DNA from: an uncultured Kofleriaceae bacterium
GTDB taxonomy: Bacteria; Myxococcota_A; Polyangia; Haliangiales; Haliangiaceae
Direction: 5' to 3'
Assembly (NCBI GenBank): GCA_964504685.1
Contig: CAZDGY010000001.1
Coordinates: 1-34,059 of the forward strand
Length of the DNA: 34,059 nucleotides
Made by a program: the position numbers and the translations under genes. The notes beneath the pieces are model-generated. The model saw nothing but the letters and a program-made list of their open reading frames with translations. It was not told where the DNA came from and ran no database searches. This document shows, piece after piece, positions 33,315 through 34,059 of the stretch; within the stretch, counting starts at the first letter, position 1; each line of letters opens with the position of its first letter.

Positions 33315-34059
33315 CTCACCGGCTCGTCGAGAGCAACCGCGTAGTCGGCCGGCCCTACGGGCACGATGCGCGAAGGGTTCACGTTGTCCTGGCTCCAGTA
33401 ATAGTGCGTCTTGATGTCGTCGAGAAAGCACGTCGGCCGGATGCCCGGATGCTGATACATCCGGCGCGTGAACGCCCACAACGCCGGGTAGTCGCGCAGG
33501 CGGCGCACGTTGCACTTGAAATGGCTGTAGTAGACGAGATCGAAGCGCAGCAGCGTCGTGAACATCGCGATGTCGGCTTCGGTCATGTGGTTGCCGCACA
33601 AGTACGGTTGCGCGGTGAGCACGCGCTCCCAGTGATCGAGCGCCGCGAACAGCTCTACCACTGCGGTCTCGTAAGCACTTTGCGTCCGCGCGAAGCCGCA
33701 GCGATACACGCCGTTGTTGATCGGCATGTAGATGAGATCGAGCACGCGATCGATCTCGCCTCGGAGCTCGGGCGGCGCGAGCGTAGCGACGAGCGGTGCT
33801 CGCGACAGCGCCGCGAAGTCGACATCGAGCATCCGCATGATCTCGCGCGATTCGTTGTTGACGATCGTGTTGCGCTCGCGGTCCCACAGCACCGGCACGC
33901 TCACCCGGCCGGTGTAGCTCGGATCGGCGCGCACGTAGACGTCGCGCAGATGCAGCGCGTTGCCGATCGGATCCGGATCGTCGGCGCGCATCGGCCAGCC
34001 GTCGTCGCCCATGTGTGGATCGACGATCGTCGCGCTGATCGCATCGGACAGGCCGCGCA
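33311..34059 (-). CDS. yqjG: Glutathionyl-hydroquinone reductase / Xi-class GST (YqjG/ECM4-like), 5'-truncated by the window edge
   Basis: VPVLWDRERNTIVNNESREIMRML, INNGVYRCGFA, and the C-terminal helical GST domain (YLCGNHMTEADIAMFTTLLRFD.VYY.HFKCN). The frame stays open upstream of the track ATG at 34012 (..RGLSDAISATIVDPHMGDDGW) to the window end, so the CPWAHR-type N-terminus lies outside the window. Confidence 0.85.
   Translation of the reverse strand, partial: RGLSDAISATIVDPHMGDDGWPMRADDPDPIGNALHLRDVYVRADPSYTGRVSVPVLWDRERNTIVNNESREIMRMLDVDFAALSRAPLVATLAPPELRGEIDRVLDLIYMPINNGVYRCGFARTQSAYETAVVELFAALDHWERVLTAQPYLCGNHMTEADIAMFTTLLRFDLVYYSHFKCNVRRLRDYPALWAFTRRMYQHPGIRPTCFLDDIKTHYYWSQDNVNPSRIVPVGPADYAVALDEPVS

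Noticed and set aside
32613-33887. 424-aa minus-strand ORF bridging the VWA gene 3' half and the yqjG-like gene
   Set aside because: It is antisense to the VWA gene and out of frame with yqjG, and it is Arg-rich. Both overlapped genes have strong family motifs.
1-34059. Search for tRNA, rRNA, riboswitch, integrase/transposase, prophage or inverted-repeat-bounded mobile elements
   Set aside because: The intergenic regions are short (the longest are ~118-160 bp, and all are divergent promoters). No cloverleaf-like or rRNA-like sequence, recombinase motif or flanking repeat was seen. I noticed no local drop in GC content suggesting recent horizontal acquisition, although I cannot compute GC skew here.

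Overview
Very GC-rich, gene-dense chromosomal segment. I call 35 protein-coding genes on both strands and find no rRNA or tRNA, no CRISPR array, and no transposase or integrase. Several features point to a myxobacterial (Myxococcota) genome: a MYXO-CTERM-type sorting tail, an AgmX/PglI-type TonB-C-like domain, many lipoproteins with a Cys lipobox, and dense signalling content. Recognisable housekeeping genes are ggt, pepP, yhbY, a partial Xi-class GST (yqjG-like), and a complete Pho regulon: putative porin, phoB, phoR, phoU and pstSCAB. Each of the three Pho promoter regions carries a Pho-box-like 7-4-7 direct repeat, CGTCAC(A/C)-N4-CGnCAnn.

The most unusual content is:
1. About 4.5 kb inserted between phoU and pstS. 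It encodes three paralogous secreted four-cysteine proteins of no family I can name, a TonB-C/ExbD-like lipoprotein, and a coiled-coil lipoprotein.
2. A tightly packed five-gene minus-strand operon: Pro-rich membrane protein, PPC-like Cys-rich lipoprotein, a polytopic SpoIIE-like protein whose catalytic Asp residues look substituted, and two SPFH/band-7 proteins.
3. A three-gene PP2C operon in which an intact PP2C domain carries a ~350-aa uncharacterised helical extension and is flanked by two small helical proteins. Next to it are a PilZ plus pseudo-receiver protein and a tandem-receiver protein.
4. An orphan SUKH (SMI1/KNR4)-like immunity-type gene behind ggt.
5. A 24-nt box present twice, upstream of two adjacent minus-strand genes.

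All seven convergent gene junctions are near zero length or overlapping. Many long antisense or N-terminally extended ORFs in the track are high-GC artefacts and were trimmed or rejected. Every functional call comes from by-eye motif recognition; no database search was run.
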